Of a DNA stretch of 64,000 nt, positions 34,952-48,433 are shown in pieces. The notes under the pieces were generated by a model. The model was not told the origin of the DNA. It worked only from the letters and a program-made list of their open reading frames with translations, and searched no databases. How positions within the stretch are numbered: the first letter of the stretch is position 1; each line of letters starts with the position of its first letter. The stretch is from Ptychomitrium polyphyllum (taxonomy: Eukaryota). The stretch covers positions 10,726,001 through 10,790,000 of the forward strand of contig OZ316775.1 in assembly GCA_973851085.1 (NCBI GenBank), in the 5' to 3' direction. The translations under genes and the position numbers were made by a program.

Positions 34952-37900
34952 TCATCGAACCTGGGGCCCCTGTTTATAACTCTCTGAGTAGTTCACAGAA
35001 TCCAAGCTTGCGCTGGAATAATCCTGAACACCTGTTTGTGGATTATGCCGTGGTCCTCGGAACTGGCTACCGCTGTTGTTGGAGTGGTCTGTGTATGCCC
35101 CAGAATGCCCCAACTCCAGCTGAATGGCTTCACGAAGCTCCTTGACGATTTCTCTCATGTATGGCCTGTGGACGCCCTTGGGCTCCACGCTTTGGATGGC
35201 GATCTCGGCCACTTTCCACACGCTGTCCATATTGGGGTCGCATTTCTTGACGGCGGGGTCCAGGATGCTGTCCATGTCGCCTGCCTGAAGGGATCTACGT
35301 ACCTTGTCGCTGATGTTCCACTGGCTTCGATCTTCCAGGGTATTGTCGATTGGCTGACGGCCGCAGAGGAGCTCCAGCAGGACCACTCCGAAGCTGAAGA
35401 CGTCACTCTTCTCTGTCAAGTTATTGGTTGACCAGTACCTGCCAGATCCAGTATCAGCCAAGTTTTAGTCTTATCAATGATCACCTGAAGAAAGAGCTTT
35501 CAAATCCCTTGGCAAGAGGAGTATTTCAGATGAACACTGGATGACGAACTGAGGGACATTTTAGACTGTGGATCAAAAAGTTGGGACAAGAAGCTCTACA
35601 ATGGGCTTGACCGTATCTAAAGAGGTCCTAATTCACTCTTGATTTCATTCAGGAAAGACTATGCTGAATATCACAATCCTGTTGGAAGGGCTCGGTGAGT
35701 GTGCTTACTCGGGATCCAAATAGCCAGCAGTTCCTTTGACCATGGTGGAGACGTGGGAGGCTCCGCCTTCTTCCGGTCCTAGTTTGGATAGACCGAAGTC
35801 AGCCACCTTGGCTACATACTTGTCAGTGAGGAGGATGTTGCTGCTCTTGACATCACGATGGATGATAGATGGGGTACAGCCGCTGTGTAGATACTCCAGA
35901 CCTGATGAATGATCAAAGAAACCCAGTCCAGTTTCAGGATTCCAAGCCGGCGTAGGTATACAAGAAATCATATACAATTGAAACCCAGATGATATCCAGA
36001 TGATTTTAACCAAGATGTTTTTAATCAGGACTGGAGTTCCTATATCTAAGATTTGAAAAACGACAGAGGTAATAATTCATTGATCACGTCCTACCTTGTG
36101 CAGAGTTTACAGCAATATCCAGCCGCCTTTTCCAATTTAATGGTTCCTGAAGGGCCAATGGTGATCCTGCAAAGATCACAGCTGATCGGATCAAAATTCT
36201 GATCTATATGAGGTATGTATGTATAAGGTTGGCTGCGCTGTGCAAACCCGAAAATCTCAAACGACGAAAAAAGGTGGTTGGCAATAAATTCTCATCATTC
36301 TACTCCAAGAACAAAGAGAAAGTGTAATTGAGAAGTAATCTGCACTGTTTGGAGGTGAAGTCCCAAGTGGACAGGAACGACAGCATACCATAGAGGTGTT
36401 CGCGAACAGTGCCCCTGTGTACGAATTCGTACACTAGCATTTGATTCTTGCCGTCCTGGCAGTAACCAATTAAGCTTACAAGATTCTTGTGGTGAACTCT
36501 TGACAACAGTTGTACCTGAAAGAATTTAAGACCGTATCAACCCACGTCTAGAGCATGAAATTTACGCATGACATTACAGAGCATCCCATTGACACATTCA
36601 GGGTATGAGCATACATAAATCCGACTTTGAAAAGGTGGACAGAGGCGAGTACATGACAGGCGGACATAGAAGCAGATGAGAATGGAGCAGTACCTCATTG
36701 TTAAATTCATTAACCCCTTGACGAGAATTGGCATCAGAAACCTTGACAGCCACTTCCTTTCCAGTTGCAAGCTTGCCATAGTACACTGGACCAAAGCCTC
36801 CTTCCCCAATCTTTTTAGTAAAATCCTCCGTGGCTTTCGTAATCTCCGCAAGCGAATATGGCTTCGCCCCTTGGACGCCTGTATCCACCATAGCGCTACC
36901 AGCACCTGAAAGTGACCTCATTTACTTTTAGATATTTAGACTTAATCAAACACTGCTTTCCATTGATAGAGATGACCCAATTAAAATCTGAATGTCTCCA
37001 GATAAATGAGTAGGCATTCACCGTTGGTGCCTGTACTCCCATGACTGAACTGGTTGGTAGGCAACTCTGTCAGCTCATCGCCTTTTGCCTTAGATCGTTT
37101 CCTACAGACAAAGAAGAAGACCGCAAGAACCACAACTAGGATAACACCAAGCACTCCTCCCACAACGCCAGCTATGAGGCCCACGTTTGATTTTTTCGGT
37201 GAAGAAGCGGGAGCAACAGGATCGACTCCTGGACAATTACAGACAGGGTTTCCTCGTATGCTGTACAGTCAAAGGCAAACAAAGAGAACTTTTGTCAATC
37301 AAAGACACTATTGCACCAATTCAATAGTTTTATAAAATGTCTAGAAGTTGCTGATTTCGTCAAAAGGAATGAGGTTGGTGCTTACTCCAACACCAGTCCA
37401 GGCTTGATCAAGCCTGCAGGAACTGTCCCTGTGATATTATTATTGTAAAGAATCCTGGTAAGACATTGAAAACGCAATCGTTAATTACAAGATTTACAGT
37501 TTCTAATTCATACGATGTGACAACCTAATAGTTGAAAACAATGGCAGTGTTTTAATTGTTTCGTGGTGTATTTTGTGCAAGTGAAGAGACAGAAACATTA
37601 TTTAGTATGCATTTGAGGAGACTGAAGCGGAGCTTACAGTTCTGTCAATGCTGGAAGGGCGACCAGTGAAGCAGGAATAGAACCACTTAAGTTGTTGTTT
37701 TCCAGATGCCTGTACAGCAAGGTCAACATATGTTTACGGTTGTAGATTACAGATGATACAGATCTATAAAATAAATAATTGATTTTAACTTCCAATTACA
37801 ACATACTGAAACCATTGTTAGGCAGAAACGGGTGGTTGAAAGTTTATGTTATTCGTTACAAAACAAGCAACCTAGTGCTGTTATGGTGCAAGGAACTTAC

Positions 37901-40128
37901 AGAGTTGTAAGAGCAGTTAACTTGCCGAAATCAGTGGGTATTTGGCCAGTAAGGTTGTAGTTCGGCAATTTCCTGAAAATATAGGCAACAAACATCAATT
38001 CGGTCATGATTACTTAATATAATGTTAAAACTTCGATACTTTCCATGCCCAGCTAGAACGGATTACCTCCAAACCATTTCTAGAGAGATACCATAAGATA
38101 CTTACACTGAAGTCACTCTGGGAGGTTTTGTAGTGCTGCATCCGATCCAGTCATAAGGGACAGGCAAACAAGGATCTCCTCCCCAGCTGGTCAATTGAAG
38201 AGCCACTTTGATGGACTCCATTGCAGCCACTGCACCAGAAGAACAAGCTTAAAGTCAGCACACTAAACCACTGATAACAAACGTGGTTCAATTAGGCATC
38301 CAGTAAAAGCCTTGTAGCTAACGTGTTGAAAACATGGATCTTGTACCAGGACTCTAGGAAAGTTCAGTATGTGCACTTTTCAGTTAATATCTATCAAATA
38401 TCCAGGTGATACTCAGGTAGGGGATTTTGTAAAACAGACAACCACAACTTTGTAAAACTGCCATAGATTCCTCAGCATACATAACAATGAAACTTTTATG
38501 CGCAGCAATTGGTGGACAGAGACTCACCGTCCGAGTTGTTGGTAGGAAGTACCAACTCTGGATATTTAGCATAAAGTTCAGCTCCATTGACAAGTGGAGG
38601 ATCAATTGACGTTCCTGTTGGAGTCATAGTAATTTCGGAAGTGTCTGTCAATGTCATATTACTCCAATAGAAAACAACGGGCTTGTTAGCTCCCCCGGTG
38701 TAGTTATAAATATTGACAGATGTAGGTTGGGTAGCGTATGGGCCTGGAATGGTGACAGTGAAGGATCTAGAAGTTGTTGTACTGTTGGGATTCACTTCGG
38801 CAAAGTATAAGAAGATGACGCAATCAATTGGAATTGTTGCAGATCCGAACTTGTATGGTATGACAAGAGGGCCAAGTGTAGCAGGAGTAAGAGCAGTTTG
38901 CATCACAAGAGGTGGAGGCGCGATGTACGTCCCAAAAGGATCAGTCACGGGGGATGCTGCCGATATTTTCACAGTTCCTGGTACAGGCGAGGGTTTCCAT
39001 ACACGATCATAGACATCATCTGGATACCTGCACAAAAACAATATAAAGTCACAAATTGGATCTAATTTACAAGCAGTGGATGCAAGGAACACAACACTCC
39101 TTAGAGCCCTCACTCATTACTCTAGACGAGCCCCACACACCATATAATAAGAATTCCTTGTTCTGAGTGCATGGTCCAATCATAAACGCAAATGACATGG
39201 AGGAGGTGGTAAAATTTTGATCAAAGAAAGGGGTGAGCTTACAAATAATCCTAATAACTCTTACACATGAAAAGGTTCTCTTTAGACTGTCTTAACTCCT
39301 AAACTCCTAAAAGGATGTTACAAATGTATATCATCAGTACTCATAACAATTTCAGAATACAATCATCACGAGAGGCACTTTTAATTTCAGAGATCAAGTA
39401 ACACTAAACTTGTGATACTTAGTAAAATCATGGATCGCCTTTAGTAAAAAAGGAGAAAAATCATACCTTAGGGACCTGTCACCACCAAAGTCTTGTCGCG
39501 AAAAGCCAAACAAGAAATTGCCGGTATCTAACCATGGTGTTTGATACGAAGCTGGGTCTAACAGCCTCAATTCCAGGGAGGAGACAAAAGGAGCCTGCAA
39601 AGCAGCAGGATCTTGATAAAAACACACGGACACACTGGTAGCCCCAACGCTGCTCTTCCCAAGATACTCCCGTCTCATGGGACTCGTTGCATACACATTA
39701 TTTGTGAGGTCGATTTGAAGCCCTTCGGTAGCGTCAATAGCCATGTTGAAGATTGGTGGTTTGTTGAGCGCGTCGTAGTTTCCATACCAAAAAGTAGTTG
39801 CCAGAAGGAAAGTGGTATTTGATGTCACAGGCAAAGTATAACAGTACTTTTTTCGGGGCTCCTTGAAGACGCGGAGAGTGGAATACTCTGAGTTGTTGGA
39901 GAAGACAGATGCTCCGGGAACGGGGTCCACGTTTATACCGACAGTAGTGTAGTTGGCATCGGTGACCCAGTTGATGCGTGTCACTGGATCGACGTAAGGT
40001 TTGCTAGCGCCACAGTCGATGCTTATGAATTGTGCTTGTGTAGGAAGTTGGCCCCATATTGGGGCAGGATTTATGGTTAGTAATGTTGCTATCAGTACTA
40101 TGGGATAGAGGGATGCACGCCATGCCAT
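34952..40128 (-). CDS. Malectin-like-domain LRR receptor-like Ser/Thr kinase (LRR-I / SymRK-At1g67720-like architecture), ~12 coding exons
   Basis: Signal peptide MAWRASLYP...; FISIDCG; YSTLRVF...[59 protein letters not shown]; three ~72-nt LRR exons (37385-37972); TM helix [26 protein letters not shown]; kinase [54 protein letters not shown]. Confidence 0.94.
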
Positions 40129-42373
40129 ACTGAATTGCAGGCTCGCTCCTATGAATACAAAAAAACAAGCATATTCATGCACTTAGTGTCTTCAAATGGC
40201 AACAAGCATATGTTTCGAACAAATGTTCTTTGCATCCCGAATTTTTCAACTTCCTGAGAACTATTGGTCCTATTAAATTCGCATTTTTGTGGCAAATTGG
40301 AAATTTACCTTTCAAGATTTGAAGCAACTATGCAAAGTTGCAAAAACGGTAGCAACGATAACGTTTCTTTGAGGTTCTTCGGCGTGAACTCCTCAACCTC
40401 TCCTAGACCCCTCCCTGCTCACTACTTCAACAGTCTCACTCAGCAGCTGCAACCAGAAACCCCCATGTTTGATCGTGTAAGTCAATTTCGCATCTTCCTC
40501 GGTAATACTACAGATTCTTTTTCAGAAAATGTTTTGTCGCAGGATGAATACAATAAATGCAAGGAGCAATAAAATTGAGCAGGAACAACCCTTGAGTTTC
40601 AGGAAACTACTGGAAGATGACTTGTTTCCAAGACATTTTGACAAGGTATTAAGAATTCAAAATTCAATGAACTAAAATTTCCTGTACAAGATTCCTAAAA
40701 CTTCAGTTGTGAACCAACTAGTCTAGTACAAAATTTTCAACATCAGTTACAAAGGCACTGATACATGAAGAAACTTCAAAGATTAATTAGAAAAATTCAG
40801 GTTTTCATTCACAAAAACTATCAACTCATGCACGAACTTTTGATTGCAAGTAAGTGGGTAGTAATTCGAATAGTCGCCATTTCTATAACTCATCCTTGCA
40901 CTAAACTAAAGGACTCGTACAGGACTCGGCCTTGCACTGAAATGTGTCTGTTCTACATAAACACTAGGGGGTGTCAGCATTCAAGCGGAAAGGGCGCGCG
41001 ATACCATGTCACGCGTCCAGAACTCCAATTCTCAGGAGAGTTATGAACTGTGATACCTTCTAATTGTTTTGATTGGGCGCGTTATCGAATTGTTACTTAT
41101 ATCACACTTCGTATCACACCGCCGTGACACCTCTACCATATTACTACCGTATTCTACCTCTGTCATGCTACAAGTGACCAACATCCATGTGCACTAGAGG
41201 AAAATGAGTAGGTTAAACTTTGCAGCCCCTTCCACACTTGGCCCATGACCATGAAATCATGCACCATACGCTGTCCACGAACTTAGCCCTCTGATAACGA
41301 TGAGGCTGGGAGGTGGTTGGTCGCGAGCTTTAGAGCACCATAACCTCCCTAATTAGCCTCCGTTGAGAGCGCTCTGAGCTTCGCCATGTTTACCAGCTCA
41401 ATGTGCCCCTGATTAACTTGCATATAGCTACTCAGAGACGACAGACACCTCGGATCACTCAAGCACTGAAGTTTGAAATCTGCCGTCTTTGCCGACAAAG
41501 TGATGCGCTCTTCCTCAAAGAAAGGACCGAAGTTTGAAAATAATGTTTACCAGTCACTTCTCACTCCTTTGAAAACCATCAGCAACCAAGGAACCTGAAC
41601 CACTTGAGAATCCCACTCACCGCTTCGAAGTATCTGGATCGATGACCTGACGAGCGGCTCCTGAAGCTAGTGGAACCCACGCTCTGCTACCGCACTACCG
41701 CAGTCATTCCATCCCCTGTACCGCTCTAGTGCCAATGCCCTGCTCAGGGCAAACTCACAGGAACGTCGCCTCCTGCTGAAGATTGAACTCTACAGAACGT
41801 CATTCCGTGTGGAAGATCGAACCTGCCTTTCCCGTACCATTTTCCACAAGTGGTTCAATCGCTCAGCTAGACGGTCCCAGTGGTTCAGCCCTCGTTTTCC
41901 TAGAGGTGCTGTCCTCACCCTCCAACTCTGGATGTTTTTGTACGTGCTTCGTGGTGTTTCGGCGAGAATAGAGGGCGGTATCGGCGCACATTGAATACTT
42001 CCAAGTGCACGTTTGGCCTTTCTGTGATGATAGTAACAGCTTTCAGATTCAAGTGGCTACCATATAGATATTATTAGTACGAGAGTGTGCACCCTACAGA
42101 TTTCTCGATTGGCATCCATCCTACAGCACTCTCAAAAGTCAACGCTGAGTGTTCGTTCCTGCCCTGTTGAGTAGGGCGCTGGATGATGCTTCCCAACAGT
42201 TTGTGGTGGTGCTTCGTGGATGAAGGCTGTGAGTAATACCGAGGGTGATCATTTAGCATTCATCCGCAACAACTTGCAGTGAAAATCTCCAGCCATGCAG
42301 GGCAAAGTTTCTAGATTAGAGTTCGTACAGAGAGGCTAAGCCGGAGTGGACATGGCCGCCCATTATGTTGCAT

Positions 42374-42421
42374 CGTTGGAGGAGTGCTGGAATACGTTGG
42401 AGGAGTGCTGGAATACGTTGG
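42374..42421. repeat. 21-bp direct tandem duplication CGTTGGAGGAGTGCTGGAATA x2.3
   Basis: Directly visible, in the upstream region of the RLK. Confidence 0.85.
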
Positions 42422-45039
42422 CGAGATAAATGAAAACCTTGATGGATTAGTAGAAACATATTTGCCCAAACGTAGGATTTTTCTGTTGATTGTTGAGTTT
42501 AGTTAAAACTCACGTTTAGTGTCCCTGTTTCATTGTCATGCGCATTGATGTAGGGTACAGGGACCTTGGACTCATAATTTAAGCGTTTTCCTTTGTGTGG
42601 AGTGTTAGTATAAGTAAAGTGATACTTTTCTTTGGTTGAGGAATAGAAATTATGAATAGTATAATTTTTCTATATTTTGACCACCAATCTTGAAATTATT
42701 GTAAATTTTCAAAAGGAACAGCAAGTTATGCCCCTTTATCAATATATAACTTGCTCTTAAATCTATGTTTGTTGTTTCTTGAAAAGGTCCAAAATAGATC
42801 AATCATAAAAAGTCAATTGCATATTCTAGAACTCAAAAATATGGATCAAATTATAATGTATATGTTGGTTTTGAGGGTGTTATCAATTTTGGATTGCTCT
42901 ATCTTAAATAAGCCAATTGTAAACAAGTAGAAAGGCATTGTGTAAGAAAGGATGCCCAATTAAATGCCAAAAAAACCTTTATAATGATTTGAAAGGATTG
43001 CAGAGGATTGCATCCATCTATTTTTATAAGTTGCACAATATTTTATGAAAGTTTTAAAAATCCAATTTTTGAAGTATTTAATATTTATAATACACAAGTT
43101 TATTAGAAGTATATAAAAGATTAAAGAACTTAATATTCAAAGTATTTTTCTATTCAATAGTTAAAATTAGATTATTATATTTGTATAAAAAAAACATCTA
43201 AAGTAGTAAATAATGAATGAAAGTTAAAAAAATCTAAACCACTATAAAACATTTTAGACTTTTGAAATCATTCCAAAACCTTAAATAAATGTGTTTTTGA
43301 TAATTTACACTACAAATCCAAAACACTCCAATTATGATTTTCAATTATTCAAAGTTTAAGATGTAGACTTATACATTTATATGTTCAACTTTTATAATTT
43401 TTAATTGTCAACCATTTCCTATAAACTTAAGTTAATTACTAACTAAAAAATATTCTTTATAAATGTTTCATGCTTAAAAAAATCAATTGATTAATCTATT
43501 TATGTATATTAAATAATTTTACAAGTCTCACATCAGTAATATTTATTTTATTGAATTGTATAAATGATCTATAGAGACTTTAAATTGCAATAGAAAATAA
43601 TATGATAATTGAACTTGTAGTGAATTTTTTATAAATATATTAACGTTGTATTGTTAAAATTTTTAAAACTAAGATTAAAAACTAAAGCTATTGTAAGACT
43701 TACACATATAATAGTTATTTTCATAAAAAAAGTAATTTAATTGATATTTATTGGTGTTGAATGTGCTTCAATAGGCCACTTTGTAATTAACATTTATAAA
43801 ACCAATATTAAAAATATACCACTAATAATTATTAGATACCATAGTATAATAATTCAAAAACTTAAATAAATTTAAGAATTATAATACAAAATGATCATTT
43901 ATATAGATGTAAATTAATACATTTAAAAATAAAGAATCTTTATATTTTATGATCGAATATAATTTGTTTTCAAATCTTCAAATCTTAAAAACATCCATTA
44001 CAAAAATTACTTTATTGCATTAAACAAATATATAATTTTTTTATAAATTCATATAATATTTATTGATGTGTTTTAGATAATATATTTAGATTTTAAATTG
44101 AAATAGTTTCATTACATAATGAAAAGAAGATAAATATATTTATGTGTTTTTATTGGATATATGTCTTAGAGAGATTTTATACAAAAGAATTGAAAAAAAA
44201 AATATGAATGAAAAATTGTCTTTATTAATTATTAATTATTCTTCAAGATCTAAATAGAATATACTAAAAAAGAAGGTCACATTGTTCTTCAATAGTTATA
44301 AAAACTATTGTTGTAAATAAAATTAAGATTATTTTGTCATTGTTTATAAATCATACATTTGACAATTATTAAACTCTTCTCAACGGATTTTGTTGATATA
44401 TAAATCAAAATATAAACTCATTATTGAACCTAATAAGTATAAATACTTATTAGGTTCAGTTTGATATCATGGTTGCATATGATTTAATATTCTTAATTAA
44501 TTATAGCAAATTTGTTATTACTTTATAAAATGGAAAATTAATAATAAATAATTGTAGAGATTTGAAGCAAATTTATACTTTAAGGTTTTAACAATGATAT
44601 TGTTATTTGGACTAATAGAATTATTCCTTTCAAATAAGGTATTTTGAAAGATTATAAAAGAATGTTATAAAATTAAATGCTCCTTTGAAGGATTTTCTCT
44701 ATAAAGTGTTCTAATAGTAATTATACTCTTGAATAAGTAGAAATAATAGAGCTTAAGGTGGAATGTAAGAATCATTTAGAAATTTAGCAAAGAATGCATC
44801 ATCACCAAAGTTACTAAAATACATAAGTTATTGTGTTTTGAAGTGTGTTTTATATTCTTTTGGAAAAAATCAATTAATTAAAAAGAAAAACTAGACAAAA
44901 AAGACAACATAAGCATTTTTATTTTTTTGCATTTTCTAATAATTAGAATTAGCACCTAGTCATATTCTTGAGAATATGACCTTTGTTACAAACATATATC
45001 ATACAATATGGTTTTGAAAACAATTTAGTAGCTTTTAAT

Positions 45040-45547
45040 TGTTAAAGATATAAAAAATAAGAAGCATAATCAAAGTGTTTTCCAAGAATTAGCTTTTAAA
45101 GAGCTAATGCTTAACAATAAATGATACAATGACTAGAATAAGGCAAGATACAATATGATCCACAATTTGTGTTGACAAAACTAAGATATACCTTGTCTTG
45201 CCTTCTATTTATACTATGATACTTGTATCTCCTAAGATACTTTTAACGAAGCTTTCTCTAAAGCTTAAGAATGTTTTAAAACTCAATTGAACCTTTCTAA
45301 GAAGCTTCCAAAGACTTGGAATTTTCTTTAGAAATTTTCTAAAGTGATGGAACCTTCTTAGAAAATTTCTCAAAGAGAGAGAATTTTTCTAGGAAGTTTC
45401 TTAAGGTAGTAGAACCTTTTTAGGAAGTTTTTCAAGGAGATGGAAATGACTATGGAGACATTGAAAGTATTCAAAAAAGCTACTACAATATACTAGGAGG
45501 TTTTAGAAGGTTCTAAAGATTATATTGCATAATCTATGTCCATGACA
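45040..45547 (-). repeat. 3' LTR of the chromovirus
   Basis: Starts TGTCATGGAC (minus) immediately after the PPT and ends ...TCTTTAACA. It aligns with 51120-51651. Confidence 0.9.
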
Positions 45548-47289
45548 TCACCTCCTCTTTTAGCAACAAATCCCATGAAGAGCTCTTCTTATGGCTTGCT
45601 TGTCATATCTTTACAAATTTCAAAATTTGTGAAAGAAAAGAAACAACATGTTTTGCTCGTTGTTCTTTGCCCACTAGTTCAAATGGTCTTTGCAAGAAGC
45701 GCCAATGATTTCTAATGAAAACTTTTGTTGTTGAAATGTTCTAGTTTAAGATTTGATTTTGATTAAGTCCTTCAAAATATCTTCCAAACAAGATCTCCAG
45801 TCCTCCAAGAGTGACTCTTCTAATTTCTAACATGATGATTAGAGCTTGAACATCTAAATTAAGACTAGAATGTGACGGGCAACTAGCCAATACTTTTGCA
45901 CAAGGTTGTACTCAACATTGGAATGTTTTTCTCATATCTTGACTTAAATCCTTTGATATTGAAGGTTGCAAAAGTTGAGTTGATTCAATAGGTATTGTTG
46001 TTGAAAAAGGCATAGCTGACTGCTCTTCACGCATATCCATGATAATACAAAGATTTGACATACTAGCTAGGATTTAGAGATGATCTATCTAAGAAATAAT
46101 GTTGTATAGAATTGGAGGTTTCAATATCTCTCCTCCCTTCTTATAATTATTTATGATAAAAACTTCTGCGTGAAGTTAATGGCTACTAATAATACATCAT
46201 TACTGACCTAATTTTTGAGGATATTTTTGATGAAATTTGCGTACCTTCTCAGATGCATTTGTTACATTTATCAAAGGTTCCCATGTTTGGTCATTAATGC
46301 CATATTCTTGTCAATGTATAAGGTACTTCACACGTCCATTTTTAATGAGTGAATCTAAGATCTCTTCGACTTCATATTCTATTTCATTATCGATTTCCAC
46401 TGTAAGAGGTAGAAAGACAACTCTCTCTGGTATACATGACTTATTGTAGGTTTTCAACAAAGATACATGAAACACTAAATGAATTTGCATAGTTGGTGGT
46501 AGTTTGTGACAATGACTGACTGGATTTATTTATTTGCTTATTTCAAACAGTCCTAGCTTTTAATAGTTCAACTTCCTTGACAATCTTTTTATTTGTATGT
46601 TTTATTATAGGAACCTTATGATATCTTCAACCTTAAACTTTAGATGGTCCTTCCAATGTCAATCTGTATAAGTTTTATAACGATCTTGAGCTTGTTGTAA
46701 TTGGAAAGCAAGTTCTTGGTGGATTTTAGGAAGTTGAGTTGCAAAATCCTCTACTACAGGATTTCTAACATGCTACACTTGAAATGGGTTAACTCAAGGA
46801 TGATGGGCATAATTTGCAAAGAATGGATTTTGAGTTGTTGAAGAATGCATTGTATTGTTATAAACAAATTCTACCTAAGGTAAGAAGTCCATTCAATTGT
46901 TTTGTTGGTAGATATGTTGGAACAAAGGTACTAGTTCAAAATTTGATTCACACGTTTGATTTAACCATCAGTTTGCACATGATGTGTTGAAGAAAGGTTA
47001 ATCTTCACACGCAACAGTTGGATTAGAGCCTTTCAAAAGTTGGAAATGAATTGCGAACCTTGATCAAATACAATATCATTTGATAATCCATGTATGCGGT
47101 AGACATGATTTATGAACAACTTGGCAATTTTTTTTGTTGCCATCATCTTGTTGCATAGAATGAAATATGCCATCTTTGTAAACTAGTCCACTACTACTAA
47201 GATAAAATCTTTAGAACCATAATTTGGAAGGTTTGTGATAAAATCCATTGACAATGACAATGATGGATTCTTTGGCACTGGAAGCAAAT

Positions 47290-48433
47290 TGTCGCGCACC
47301 TCGCCCTGAGGAGTGCCCGCAACACTAAGGGCACAAGGGGGACCCCGAAGTGACGTCCGGGACTTGTGGCGCCGACGGTAAGGAGAACCGAGTGGGCCTA
47401 ACATGGGAAGGACCCCTAGGGGGAGAAACATCCTTGCCCATGTAGATCGAGGGCCACGAGGGATAAATCGTGGGCATTAAAGGAATCATGAAGAGCTGAT
47501 TCTAGAATGCTAAGGATTGCCCAAATCGGACATGGGAGCTAAAAGTTATGGCACCCCAAAGTTGGCGTTGCCAAGGGGCTGTTCTGGAGTGTGGCAGCCC
47601 TACACAGTGACTGTGCTGGAGTGGGATAGTCCAAGGAGGGACTCCCCGGGAGTTCCAAACCTTGGGAGAGGCGTATCTCTCACAATACTAACTCAAATCG
47701 GACGTTTGAGGAGTCTATCGGCATCTATGCAAAGAGTAGATGACAATAGAGTAATTGCTCAATACATTCGGGCACCAAAGGAGGAAGAAATGGCACCCTG
47801 AAGGTCCGCTGGGAGTCCCGGAGGCTTCCAGCGGCTTAGTCCCAAGGGGGATCGGATGGTCTTCCAAAACTCTAGGTGTGTCGGGGTTCAGCTAGCTCCA
47901 GAGGGCCAGGGGGCCTGCCGAATCCCACAGAGAGTACTATAAGGGAGGGCTGGCCCCCCTCCCCACTCCCCTAGTGTCCCGGTAGAGACCAAGGGTGAGT
48001 CCTGGTTGGTGGAGCTAGTGTTGGAGCTTCACCACGGGGACTCCCACACCATTGTGAGCCGGTGGACGGCCAGTTTCACGAAGGAAACTAGCACGTTCAA
48101 AAGGGTACGCTTGTTACCACTAAATCGGGGTGGTGTCTTCACGCCGGCACCATGATGGCCGGGGTGATTTTAGGATCACTTGGGCATCATGAGTGGTGGT
48201 GAGGAGACACCACTAAGTGCGGTTAGGCCGTGTGGAATGGAAGTAACACCAAGTGAAACCCTGGACATGAATGGAAGTCCGCACCTAACCATTGGCTACT
48301 AATAAATTGGGTTTCCTAAGAGAAATGGTAGAAAGACTTGGAAAGTGAGAATGGGGGTTAACCATGTGCATGTGGGGGTGTACAGGGTTGACGCGCGTGA
48401 CGCTTGCTAAGGTGCATTGCAAGGGTTGCGACA
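47290..48433. mobile_element. Nested GC-rich insertion, probable solo LTR of an unrelated family, inside the integrase
   Basis: Termini TGTCGCGCACC...GGTTGCGACA (TG..CA with short inverted repeat) and 5-bp TSD CAAAT/CGAAT. Removing it restores the integrase frame ...HQPHSLLHS|LPVPKNP. Confidence 0.88.
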
